In this document: in pieces, positions 1 through 10,086 of the stretch | Numbering within the stretch: position 1 is the stretch's first letter | Layout: each line of letters begins with the position of its first letter | The notes under the pieces: model-generated | Seen by the model: only the letters and a program-made list of their open reading frames with translations | Database searches by the model: none | Told to the model about the DNA's origin: nothing | Assembly (NCBI GenBank): GCA_965237955.1 | Contig: OZ250169.1 | Location: 4,576,001-4,640,000 of the forward strand | Origin: Candidatus Marinacidobacterales bacterium | GTDB taxonomy: Bacteria; Acidobacteriota; Vicinamibacteria; Marinacidobacterales; SMYC01 | DNA length: 64,000 nt | Direction: 5' to 3' | Position numbers and translations under genes: made by a program

Positions 1-111
1 CATTTGGACGAGGACCGACCACTGTACGGTGATCACGACCGAATGAAAGCTCTTGTGGCTAGCGGCGAGATCTTGGAAGAAGTCGAAAAAGAAGTAGGCA
101 ACCTTGGATAG
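1..111 (+). CDS. 3' end of a probable histidine/aromatic amino acid ammonia-lyase (partial, runs in from window edge)
   Basis: Frame 1 reads HLDEDRPLYGDHDRMKALVASGEILEEVEKEVGNLG*, resembling the DR-x-L C-terminal tail of HAL/PAL lyases. Only 36 codons are visible. Confidence 0.5.
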   Translation, partial: HLDEDRPLYGDHDRMKALVASGEILEEVEKEVGNLG

Positions 112-139
112 GAATTTCAAAAATAGGGTCTGGTAGAAT

Positions 140-1363
140 ATGATAGGGTGCATTATTAAGAACATGTTGGAGAACCCTATCATGAAGAAAGCCCGCGTAT
201 TTTCGTTTGTCGGATTTCTCGTACTCTTTCATTGCTCCGCACCGCGACCTTCCGGCATTCCGATTTCAAGCACGAACCTGACGGAAGCGCTGACAGAGAA
301 GATCGAGCCCCTGATTGAGCAGACCATGAAATCCTATGACGTCCCGGGACTGGCGCTCGCCGTCGCCAAAGACGGCAAGATCGTTTACGCCAAAGGATTT
401 GGGGTCAAGGATCTTCGGAGTCGGGAGCCCATCACGCCTGATTCTTTGTTTCATATGGCTTCGGTTTCCAAGACCTTCGTTGCCACGGCGATCGTGCAGC
501 TGCTTGAACAAGGCAAGATCCAGCTCGATGATCCTGTGCGTACGTACCTTCCCTACTTTCAACTGAAAGACCCTCGATTTAAGCAGATTACGATTCGTCG
601 TCTACTGACCCATACCGCAGGGTTGCCCTACCTGGAAAACGAAAATCGTAACTTCGACTGGGACAGGCCGGAATATGACTCGGGCGCCTTAGAACGATAT
701 GTGCGCCGTCTCCATGAAGTGAAAATGATCGCGGCGCCGGGAGAAAAATTTTCCTATAGCGATATGGGATTCGAGATCCTGGGAGACGTCATTGCAAAGG
801 TCTCGCAACAATCCTTCACGGATTATGTCAAGGTGCATATTCTTGACCCACTAGGAATGAGGGAGAGTAATTTCTTCCGGCCGGACACTTCATCCCGCCT
901 CTGGACCACCGGCCATGTGAGAGGATCCAAAGGCGAGCCCAAAGTCAGTTCTATGTATCCGTACAACCGTGCCCATGGGCCCAGCTCCACCCTCGAATCG
1001 AATGCGATCGAGATGTGCCACTGGGCGATCACGAACTTAAATCGGGGAATCCTCAACGGAAAACGCATCCTCAAGTCGTCCAGTTACGAACTGCTCTGGA
1101 ACCCGGGGCTCGAAACCGAGTGCGGCCCAAGATGCATCGGTCTCTCCTGGTTCCTCGACAGGCATCGTGATCAACCGATCCGGATCCATACGGGCAGCGA
1201 TACGGGATATCAGTCGGTACTCATATTGCTGCCGGATCAATCTGCGGGCGTCGTCGCGATGAGCAATATGGGTGGTTTAAAAGTCGTCGCTCCAATCGCT
1301 TTTGCGGTATTAGATGTTGTGCTCGGGCATGAACCCGAATTGAATATCCAAAAATCCGATTAG
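140..1363 (+). CDS. Serine hydrolase, beta-lactamase class C/AmpC-like family, probably exported
   Basis: SxxK (ASVSK), LLTHTAG, YSD at the YxN position, HTG box, hydrophobic N-terminus ending in Cys. True start may be ATG 182. Confidence 0.88.
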   Translation: MIGCIIKNMLENPIMKKARVFSFVGFLVLFHCSAPRPSGIPISSTNLTEALTEKIEPLIEQTMKSYDVPGLALAVAKDGKIVYAKGFGVKDLRSREPITPDSLFHMASVSKTFVATAIVQLLEQGKIQLDDPVRTYLPYFQLKDPRFKQITIRRLLTHTAGLPYLENENRNFDWDRPEYDSGALERYVRRLHEVKMIAAPGEKFSYSDMGFEILGDVIAKVSQQSFTDYVKVHILDPLGMRESNFFRPDTSSRLWTTGHVRGSKGEPKVSSMYPYNRAHGPSSTLESNAIEMCHWAITNLNRGILNGKRILKSSSYELLWNPGLETECGPRCIGLSWFLDRHRDQPIRIHTGSDTGYQSVLILLPDQSAGVVAMSNMGGLKVVAPIAFAVLDVVLGHEPELNIQKSD

Positions 1364-1399
1364 GCCGTTTCCCGTCCAAAACCGCGAACAAGAATTACG

Positions 1400-1631
1400 G
1401 TTTGACCTGCCGGCCCACGAACAGCGCCGTGCCGCTCCGCCGATCCGAATCAAGATGCCGCTTCCAGAACTCACTTTTCCCAGCAGCGGACATTCGGGGT
1501 TGAGACAGCTCAAATTCTTCACTTCGCGTGGGCCTTGTCCACGAGAGAACTCGTTCTCTCGAATTTAGGCTCAAACTCTAGCACGCGAACGGGTTACCGC
1601 CTGGCCACCAACAGTTCATGGCCGAAGCACC
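1400..1631 (-). pseudogene. Possible IS1-like transposase N-terminal zinc-finger remnant
   Basis: MKNLSCLNPECPLLGKVSSG (from 1522, minus strand) resembles the CxNPxCxxxG start of IS1-type transposases, then degenerates. Confidence 0.3.
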
Positions 1632-1768
1632 AAAGATATAGGTGGGGAGGGTTATTTCGAGCACCTGTCTTGCATCGTTTCGCGGGAATGGTTAGCCTTT
1701 GTCGTAATGACTGGCGCGCCGCGCCCGATTTTTCAACCTGTTAGCGTCCCGACACCCCCGGGGACGGA

Positions 1769-3418
1769 GTGCTGATGGCGACGAAACAGCGAGCGAGAAC
1801 CGAAGAAACACTCGATCCCAAGCTGGTCCTATCGAGTGAGAGTCTGAAGGCCGACCCCGACCCGGACCGGTTGCTGTCGATTTACGGGATCGGACGACAG
1901 CTTCTAGAGCAGCGCGAGCCCCGTGAAGTCATCCGTACTATCCATCACGCGTTGATCGAGCACCTCCAACCGGATCACGCGGCGGTGCTCAGCATCTCGC
2001 GTACCGGGGCCATGAAGCCGCTCGCGTCACACCGCCTCGATCTCACCGGGCCGGAGCGCCAGTGGCAGCTCAGCCACACCGCGTGCCGCAAGGCGAAGGA
2101 GTCCGGCCTCGCGGTCCTCATGACGGATCAGTTCGACGACCTCAGCGTCAAGGATGCCGAAAGCGTCCACATCTTGAGCATTCGGTCCATCATTTGCGTT
2201 CCGTTAGCACAAAATCCGGTGCGCGGTTTGATCTATCTCGACAATCGTGGTGGCCGGCGCATGTTCAGCCGCGAGGATCTCGAGTTCGTGACCGCGCTGT
2301 CCCTCTATACGGCGATCCTGGTGCAGCGCACGCGGGAGTATGTAAAGAACAGCGACGCGCTCAAAAGCAGCAACGAGCGCCTGAGCTTGTTAGAGGACGA
2401 GCTTTTGCGCTACCAGCTCGTCGGGCGCTCGCCCAAGCTGCTGTCCGCGTTCGACCAGGTCAGGCGGCTCGCGGCAGCCGGGGCGAGCGTGATTCTGCGT
2501 GGCGAGACCGGCACTGGTAAGGAGCTGTTCGCGCGCGCGTACGCCGATAACAGCGATCGCCGCGGCAAACCCTACGTTCCCGTACCCATCCCCGCGCTTG
2601 CGCCGACGGTGATCGAATCCGAGCTTTTCGGGCACGTGAAAGGTGCCTTCACCGAAGCGAAGCAAGACAAGAAAGGCCGCCTCGAGGTCGCCCACGGCGG
2701 TGTGCTCTTTCTCGACGAGGTCGGCGACATCGAGCTCGCGCTGCAAACGAAGCTCCTTCGGTTTCTGGATTCTGGCGAGCTGTACCGTGTCGGGGACACG
2801 AGACCGCGCTACGTAGATGCGTACGTCGTGTCGGCCACGAATCGGCCGCTCGAAAAGCTGGTTGAAGAAGGCCGGTTCCGAGTCGACCTACTCGCTCGGC
2901 TCGGCCAGACCGTGAACCTGCCGGCACTCCGCGAGCGCCGAGAGGACATCTCGACCCTGGTGGACCATTTCACGTCCATGTTCGATCGCGGCTCGGTCAA
3001 GAAAACGTACGCGCCGGAGACGATGGACCTCTTGGTGAACTATCGTTGGGAGTTCAACGTGCGCCAGCTCAGTCAAGTCATCCAGAGTGTTCTCTGCCTC
3101 TCCGACAACGACGTCATCATACCGGACGACCTCCCCGAGTTCATCCGCGGCGCGCCCACCCGCACTTCGCCCCGCACTTCGAATGACCCGGTCGATGGTG
3201 GCGCCACCGAAGGCTACCGAGACTCGTCGGGCTCGTCGGAAGCGCCGCGGCCGCTGAAGGAGATCATGGAGGAGCACGAGCGCTCGCATATCGTGCGTGC
3301 GCTCGAGTTCACCAAGGGCAACAAGCGCAAAGCGATCGAGCTCCTCAAAATCTCGCCCGACACGTTTTACAAACGGCTAGAGCAGTTCGGGCTGCACAAG
3401 AAGAGTCAGCCCAGCTGA
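1769..3418 (+). CDS. Sigma-54-dependent transcriptional activator (GAF + AAA+ + Fis-type HTH)
   Basis: GAF region (SIICVPL..GLIYLD), Walker A GETGTGKE, ESELFGHVKGAFTEA, Walker B LFLDEVG, C-terminal HTH. Confidence 0.93.
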   Translation: MLMATKQRARTEETLDPKLVLSSESLKADPDPDRLLSIYGIGRQLLEQREPREVIRTIHHALIEHLQPDHAAVLSISRTGAMKPLASHRLDLTGPERQWQLSHTACRKAKESGLAVLMTDQFDDLSVKDAESVHILSIRSIICVPLAQNPVRGLIYLDNRGGRRMFSREDLEFVTALSLYTAILVQRTREYVKNSDALKSSNERLSLLEDELLRYQLVGRSPKLLSAFDQVRRLAAAGASVILRGETGTGKELFARAYADNSDRRGKPYVPVPIPALAPTVIESELFGHVKGAFTEAKQDKKGRLEVAHGGVLFLDEVGDIELALQTKLLRFLDSGELYRVGDTRPRYVDAYVVSATNRPLEKLVEEGRFRVDLLARLGQTVNLPALRERREDISTLVDHFTSMFDRGSVKKTYAPETMDLLVNYRWEFNVRQLSQVIQSVLCLSDNDVIIPDDLPEFIRGAPTRTSPRTSNDPVDGGATEGYRDSSGSSEAPRPLKEIMEEHERSHIVRALEFTKGNKRKAIELLKISPDTFYKRLEQFGLHKKSQPS

Positions 3419-3423
3419 GACTG

Positions 3424-5977
3424 TCAAGACTCGGAGCGGTCGACGCGCACCTCAGCAAGGGCCGGATCATTCAAATACGGCCTCAAGTCCGGGTCGTTCT
3501 CGACGTTGAAGATCGCGCCGCCCCGGATGGCGCGTTCCATGTGGTGGACGGTCGCTTCGCGGTCGCCGCAGATCGAATACGCGATCGCAACGATGAAGTT
3601 GACTTCGGCGAGATCGGAGTTCGGCGGTGCCGCTCGTGATGCTTCGTCGACGGCCTCGTCACAACGTTCGAGACCCGCGAGCCCTGCCGACAGGATCGCT
3701 CTCGCTCGATTGTCGTTGGGGTTCACTTCCAATTGTTGCCGCCACAATTCGTCCGCGCGCGTGTAATATTCCTTCGCGGCGGCATCTAGATCGAGCTGAC
3801 GATAGGTGTCGGCAAGGCCGGTCACGTAATGTGGGTCTTCGAGCCCGGAAATTTCGATAGCCTTGCGGAACTGCTCGAGGGCATCCGTGAATCGGCCCAT
3901 TGAGTAGTACACCACGCCGAGATTGTTGTACGCGGGACCATCGGGGTCGATGCCGATCGCGGCCTGAAGCAGAGGCTCCGCCTGCTCCATCTCACCCGAC
4001 ATAAGGTGCACTGCCGCGAGATTGTTGTAACCGACGTCGCTTTTGGGTCTAAGGCGAATGACTTCGCGGAAGAGCGGTTTGGCGGCGTCGAGCTCATCCG
4101 TCTTCGTGTACAGGTAGAACTCGCCCTTGTCCCGGTAGTTGCCCCAATACCCCGGGCGGAGATCGATCGCGCTCTGATACATCGCCTCGGCGTCATCCAA
4201 ACGCCCGCGCTTTTCGTAGGTGTCTGCGATGAGGCGGACGACGGCGTCGTCGGCAGGGGCGAGCGCGAGCGCCCTCTGAAAGGACACTTCGGCGTCCACC
4301 CGCTTGGCCGCGGCCGAGCAAGACGACACCGAGGGCGAGATGAGTTTCGGCGATTTCGGGGTCGAGCATCACTGCGCGGTCGGCTTCGGCGACGGAACGA
4401 GCGACGAGAGCTGGCTCTCTGGAATCGACGTATAGCTCCCACAGCGCCAGGGCGAGTCCCGCATGCGCTTCGGCGAAGTTCTCCTCGGCGTCGATGGAGC
4501 GGCGGAAGGCTTCCGCTGCGAGCGCGTGGTCCTGCTCGGCCTCCCAACCCCATAGATAAGACCGGCCCTCGAGGTAGTTCTCTCTCGCGACATTGCTCGT
4601 AGGCGTATGTCGGTCGTCGCCCTCCCGTGCACCCAACGAGTCGGCGATCGATGTGGCGACGATGTCTGCCAGATCCAGAGCGTCAAGGGTATCAGGGGTT
4701 CCGGTGGTGAGCTCCTGGGGCCACCCGCGCGCATCGCCGTCGCGGCGCATGAGGCTTACCGTGGCCGTCAGCCCGCTCGCGCCCTCGGCCAACTCCGCTC
4801 GCACGATCCACTCGACGTCGAGCTGCTCGGCAACCACCCCAGGATCCTCGTCCCACGGGAAGGTCCTGCTGATAGAGAACGGCGTCACGTCGAGGCCGAC
4901 GAAGTCTCTCAATCGGTCGCTCACAGCGAGTGGCCCGATTTGGCCGACGTTGGTAGCTCCTATTACCGCTTCGTCGCCCCACGGTAGGACGGCAATCGTG
5001 TGTTTCCGCGGCCATAGGATTGCGGCGATGATGACCGCGACCGCGACCAACGCGGCAGCTGTGCCGATGCGCTTGGCGCGTTTGGGTTTCACGACGAATC
5101 GTTCGTACGTCGACGACTCGATCTGGACCCGCGCGCGCTTGAGCTCCTGGACCAGCTCTCTCGTGTCTTCGTACCGCTCGTCCGCTTCTTTCTTCAGGCA
5201 ACGATCGAGTATCGGTTGGAGGCGGCTTGCCACATCGGGCCTCACCGACTCGGAGAGCTCTGCCGCCGGGGAATGGATGATGGCATGCGCGGTCTCGAGG
5301 GTGCTGTCCCGCAGGAAAGGATTTTTTCCCGAGAGCATCTCGTGCAAAAGCACTCCGAAGCTGAAGATGTCGCAACGGTGATCGAGCGGCAGGCCACGGG
5401 CCTGCTCCGGTGCCATGTAGGACAGCGTGCCTTTTATGGCGTCCGAGCGGCTCGGGGCGCGCTCCGTGGTGTCATCACCGAACTCTTCGAAGACGGGCAG
5501 CGGCTGCATGAGCTTCGCCAAGCCGAAATCGATGATCTTGATGTGCCCTTCGTCGGTGACCATTACGTTCCCGGGCTTGAGGTCGCGATGGATGATGCCT
5601 TTGTCGTGTGCGAACGCGAGAGCTTCGCTGATCTCGAGCGCGTACTCGACGATGGTTTAGGGATCGAGTGAGCCTTGGAAGATCAAATCGGTGAGCTCGC
5701 GTCCGCGGATGAACTCCATCGCGATGAAGGTAAAGCCGTCGGCCTCTGCGATTTCGAAGATCGTGGCGATGTAGGGGTGTTCGAGTGCAGCGGTCGCCTT
5801 CGCTTCTTGAACGAAGCGCTTTCGACTATCAGGGTCTGATGTAACGAGTGATTGCGGGAGAACTTTGATTGCGAGCTCGCGACTGAGCTGAGTATCCCAC
5901 GCGCGGTAGACCTCCCCCATTCCGCCACGGCGGATCTCTTCGATAATTTTGTAGTGCGAAAGGGTATTGCCGATCAA
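3424..5977 (-). pseudogene. Ser/Thr protein kinase with TM segment and C-terminal TPR repeats, disrupted
   Basis: [32 protein letters not shown], then a TM helix and TPRs. In-frame TAA at 5657-5659 and a +1 frameshift near 4302. Confidence 0.88.
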
Positions 5978-6342
5978 AGCTTCCCGCCTCTGACTCGTGC
6001 CTGTAACGAACTTTTAGATTGTACGGCGAGCTTGAATGCGGTTCAAATGCTCGAGTACCGGATGGCGCAAGGTTCCGGCCACTCACGTTCCCGCAGATGG
6101 TGGCGGTTTTTCGAGCTTTGCGGGAGCGGGAGCTCACCGCTCGCGCGCGGCCCAACCGAGCCCCTCTTCCGCAAGGCTCTCAACCACACCATGATGGCGT
6201 GTCCTCGTGGATAGACGGACGGGAACTGCAAAATCCCAGGAACGCGTGAACCGATCGGCTGGCGCGGGAGTACCTACCATCCGGTGTCGGTTACGAAGCG
6301 TTCTTTTGTAATAATGGTGGTAACGGTCCAGGAGGGCTTGTC

Positions 6343-6909
6343 GTGGAACACGCTTTGAGCATTTGCCTTGGTTTGGGGCTCGCGGCCGCTGCGGGGTTTC
6401 GGATTTTCGTCCCGCTTCTGGTGATGAGTGTTGCCGCCTACACGGGGCACCTCGAGCTCGGGCAAGGCTTCCGCTGGATCGGCACGCTGCCGGCGCTGGT
6501 CGCGTTCTCGACGGCCACATTTCTCGAGATCGGCGCGTACTACATACCTTGGCTCGACAACCTGCTGGACACCGTCTCCGGCCCATCGGCGGTCGTGGCC
6601 GGCTCGGTCATCGCCGCCGCGACGTTCACGGAGATGGATCCGCTGTTGAAATGGAGCCTCGCGATCATCGGCGGCGGTGGGCTCGCAGGGATTGTGAAAG
6701 GAACGACCACACTCGCGCGCGGCACATCCACGGCGATGACCGGTGGGTTGGCGAACTGGATGCTGTCATCGTTCGAGGCCGGAGCCTCGTTGCTCCTTTC
6801 GACGTTCGCGATTCTCCTGCCGTTGGTGGCGATGGTATTCGTCGTGTTCCTCGTGTACGTCGCCGCAAAAAAACTCTTCGGCTGGCTCGGCGAAAGCCGG
6901 GAAGCCTGA
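6343..6909 (+). CDS. DUF4126-family membrane protein
   Basis: GLGLAAAAGFRIFVPLL and YYIPWLDNLLD motifs, multiple TM helices, GGAGG RBS upstream of GTG. Confidence 0.8.
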   Translation: MEHALSICLGLGLAAAAGFRIFVPLLVMSVAAYTGHLELGQGFRWIGTLPALVAFSTATFLEIGAYYIPWLDNLLDTVSGPSAVVAGSVIAAATFTEMDPLLKWSLAIIGGGGLAGIVKGTTTLARGTSTAMTGGLANWMLSSFEAGASLLLSTFAILLPLVAMVFVVFLVYVAAKKLFGWLGESREA

Positions 6910-7000
6910 CCCACGAAGTTGGTAAGAGTGGAGAGCCGCTGCGCGGAAGAGCACCTCGTACCGATTCTCTTTTTTTCGACCTTGAGCCCCAGCGTTGTTT

Positions 7001-7054
7001 TTCTCTGTGAATCTCTGCGTCCTCTGCGCCTCTGCGGTGATTCTTGGTTGCGGC
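7001..7054. repeat. Periodic CTCTG(C/T)G repeat tract (REP/MITE-like half element)
   Basis: TTCTCTGTGAATCTCTGCGTCCTCTGCGCCTCTGCGGTGA followed by TTCTTGGTTGCGGC, between convergent genes. Confidence 0.6.
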
Positions 7055-7132
7055 ATCGTTGCGCGGTACCTCTGTGGCCATCTTTTGGTCGTTTGGCCGC
7101 AGCCCGCGCCAGGGTTTCTTTGGGTCGCTCGT

Positions 7133-7405
7133 TCAGCGACGCTCTGTCTTCACGATCGCGACGAGCTTGGCTTCGATGGCGCTACAGGGAACGAAGAACG
7201 GTTTCTCGGACACCTCGACCCAGATTGTGTTCTTGTCGATAGTGTAGGAGCCCTCGAACGCGCCGACCGGCGTCGGCAGGGAAAAGTGACCCACCGCGGG
7301 CGAGCCTTCGAAGTGGCCGCCGGCGTCGGTCATCTTCGCTCGGATTTTCTCGACGAGAGCGGTACCCGAGCCGGGGAACTCGAACTGGAATCGGCACTGA
7401 GACAA
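7133..7405 (-). CDS. Small hypothetical protein (90 aa)
   Basis: Clean ORF with TTG start directly after the upstream stop; protein-like composition (GSYTI..KPFFVPCSAIE). Confidence 0.7.
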   Translation of the reverse strand: MSQCRFQFEFPGSGTALVEKIRAKMTDAGGHFEGSPAVGHFSLPTPVGAFEGSYTIDKNTIWVEVSEKPFFVPCSAIEAKLVAIVKTERR

Positions 7406-7624
7406 TTAGTTCTTGTCTCGTTTTTTTCGAGGTCTCTCGGCGGTAGCGAGGAGTTTCTCGATGTCGGTGGCGGGCAGGGTGCGAGAGCCAACCTCGCTCA
7501 GGAGTTCGTCGTCGCTGAGCTGCATCAAGCGCACGTGGCGCTTTTCCAAGTGGCTTATGAGACGTCGAACACGCCGTTTCAAACGGTCCAGCTCACGGTC
7601 GATATCCTTGAGCTCGTCCAGCAT
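7406..7624 (-). CDS. Small coiled-coil hypothetical protein (72 aa)
   Basis: GGAGG-like RBS, heptad-rich sequence, abuts the next gene. Confidence 0.6.
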   Translation of the reverse strand: MLDELKDIDRELDRLKRRVRRLISHLEKRHVRLMQLSDDELLSEVGSRTLPATDIEKLLATAERPRKKRDKN

Positions 7625-7719
7625 CCTTCTGCCTCCGGCTGTCTTGAATTACGTGGAACAACTTATTCTACCGTACGGACGTGCGCATGTCTTCGCCTCG
7701 ACGTAGAATGTGCGCTCTG

Positions 7720-9476
7720 ATGAGCCACACTATCTTTTCTCCCCTCCTCGTTATCGCGCTCGCGATGGCGTCCGCGCCCGCCGAGGCCCAAAAAGAAACG
7801 CTCGATGCGCTGTTCGAGGAGACGTGGGCGTTTCGACTGCAAGAAGACCCGCTCCGTGCCACGTCCGTAGGGGAGCACGCGTACGGCGACCGCCTGCCGG
7901 GGGTCACCGCGGAGGATCAACGCCGTCGCGACGAGTACTACCATGGCGTCCTGGCGCGGCTGGACGCCATCGATCGCGATGGGCTCAGTGGTTCCGATCG
8001 CCTCAACTACGATATGTTCCAGCTGAACCGAAACACGACGACGTCCAGGAATTCGAGTTCAAGGGATACCTCCTGCCCATCAACGCCGACTCCGGCTTTC
8101 ATATCGGTTTCTCGCGTCTGCCGAGCCGGGTACCGCTGGCGACGGTCGCGGATTACGAAAACTACATCGAGCGCTTGAAGCTGGCCCGCGGCTACATTGG
8201 AGAGCATATCGAGTTGATGCGGGAGGGGATTCGCATCGGTATGACGGTCCCGCAGGTCGTGCTTTCCGGTTACGAGGTCACCATCGAGAGCCACGTAGTC
8301 GACGGGGCCGAAGCGAGTGTTTTTTTCGCGCCGTTCGAATCGTTTCCAACCACCGTGCCACAGGCGGAGCAGGATCGACTTCGAACCGCCGGTGCTGCGG
8401 CCATCATCGAATCCGTGGTCCCGGGCTACAGCGACTTTCTCGAGTTCATGACCGAGGACTACATCCCGGGCGCGCGCGACACGATTGGAGCATCGGAGCT
8501 ACCCAATGGCCGCGCGTACTACGCCTACCTCGTCGGGCACTTTACGACGATGGACGTCACCCCCGATGACGTGCACCAGATCGGTCTCGAGGAGGTCGCT
8601 CGCATTCGTCGAGAGATGGACGATGTGATCGAGGAAGTCGGTTTCGAAGGCGACTTCGCGGCGTTTCTCGCGTTCTTGCGCACCGACCCGCAATTCTACC
8701 CCGAGAGCCCGGAGGAGCTTTTGAAAGAAGCCTCCTTCATCGCCAAGAAGATGGACGGTATGCTGCCGTCGCTTTTCAAAACGCTCCCCCGGCAGCCGTA
8801 TCGGGTCGCGCCGGTTCCGGACCACATCGCGCCGAAATACACCGCGGGACGCTACGTGGGCGCGCCGATCGACAGCACCGAACCCGGGACGTATTGGGTC
8901 AACACGTACAAGCTCGATAGCCGTACGCTCTACACGCTCGAAGCGTTGACGCTTCATGAGGCGGTTCCGGGTCACCACTTGCAGAACGCGCTTCGCCAGG
9001 AGTTGACCGAGCTTCCCGAGTTTCGGCGCTACTCCGGTATCGGAGCGTACGGCGAAGGGTGGGGACTGTACTCCGAGCGACTCGGGCTCGAGGCGGGTTT
9101 CTACGAAGATCCCTACAGTAATTTCGGACGTCTCACCTACGAGATGTGGCGGGCGTGCCGTCTCGTCGTCGATACCGGGCTCCACGCCAAGGGCTGGACA
9201 CGCCGCCAAGCCATCGACTACCTTGCGTCGCACACCGCGCTCTCGCTTCACGAAATCTCGACCGAGACCGATCGATACATCTCGTGGCCCGGGCAAGCGC
9301 TCGGTTACAAGATGGGTGAGCTCAAGATTCGGGAGCTTCGCGAGCGTGCCGAGAACGTCCTCGGTAAGGACTTCGATGTGCGCGCGTTCCACGATGTCAT
9401 CTTGTTGAACGGCCCGGTGCCGTTACCGATCCTCGATGATCTCGTGACCGCGTGGATCGAGCGCACCGAGCACTAG
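7720..9476 (+). pseudogene. DUF885-family exported protein (putative metallopeptidase), frameshifted near 8014-8035
   Basis: Signal peptide MSHTIFSPLLVIALA in one frame; HEAVPGHHLQ, EGWGLYSE, WRACRLVVDTGLH and RYISWPGQALGYKMG in another. Confidence 0.88.
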
Positions 9477-9514
9477 GCGCTTTCGCCGGGCTGGATTCGC
9501 CCTGGCCGCGTGTC

Positions 9515-9523
9515 TGATATGCT
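9515..9523 (+). promoter_or_regulatory. Putative extended -10 promoter element
   Basis: TG-a-TATGCT ends ~7 nt before the long hairpin at 9530; no good -35. Confidence 0.35.
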
Positions 9524-9529
9524 TTTCAG

Positions 9530-9727
9530 CGTCACGCGAGTCCACACCTTAGGGTCCGGGCAAGAATAAATGCCCATTCTTGGGCGGCGCCCGTATGGCA
9601 AGGCGCGAGAAGTGAATAATATCTAGATATATGACCGACGAGCAACGCAGCCAGACGGGATGGATCGGCGTCCAAGAATGGGTAGTTATTCTTGCCCGGG
9701 CCCTTAGGTCGACTCGGGCGGGTGGCG
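9530..9727 (+). ncRNA. Candidate structured RNA / long hairpin (alternatively a MITE)
   Basis: Arms 9537-9586 and 9669-9716 are near-perfect inverted repeats with several G-U-compatible differences; extra stems CCCGT-TGGC/GCCA-ACGGG and CGTCAC/GTGGCG. Confidence 0.5.
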
Positions 9728-9744
9728 ACTATCGGAGTTTTGAT

Positions 9745-10086
9745 ATGAAAATTGAAGAGCATCACGAAGCAAACAACGTGGTAATCCTCGACCTGCAAGG
9801 TAAGCTCATGATCGGCGACGGCGACATCTTGCTCCGGGAAAAGGTCGAGGGTCTGGTGGAAGCGGGGCACCGGAGAATCGTCCTCGACCTCGCCGACGTT
9901 CCGTACGTCGATAGCGCCGGATTAGGAGAGATCGTCCGCTGTTACACGACGCTGTCGCGCAAGAACGGCCGGCTGAAATTGCGAAATCCGAGCAAGAGAA
10001 TCCAAGATCTGCTGAAGGTGACGAAGCTCCTCAAGTTCTTCGGCGACGACGACGAGTGGCCAGAGGGGAGCGGGTCCGAGCACTAA
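9745..10086 (+). CDS. STAS-domain anti-sigma factor antagonist
   Basis: IVLDLADVPYVDSAGLGEIV with the conserved phosphorylatable Ser; GGAG RBS before ATG 9745. Confidence 0.9.
   Translation: MKIEEHHEANNVVILDLQGKLMIGDGDILLREKVEGLVEAGHRRIVLDLADVPYVDSAGLGEIVRCYTTLSRKNGRLKLRNPSKRIQDLLKVTKLLKFFGDDDEWPEGSGSEH

Noticed and set aside
5978-6342. Short ORFs and a possible sigma-54 promoter between the kinase and DUF4126
   Set aside because: No recognisable protein motif, and no convincing TGGCAC-N5-TTGC site found by eye.
9631-9744. N-terminal extension of the STAS ORF in the ORF track
   Set aside because: It overlaps the hairpin arm; the RBS and family length favour ATG 9745.
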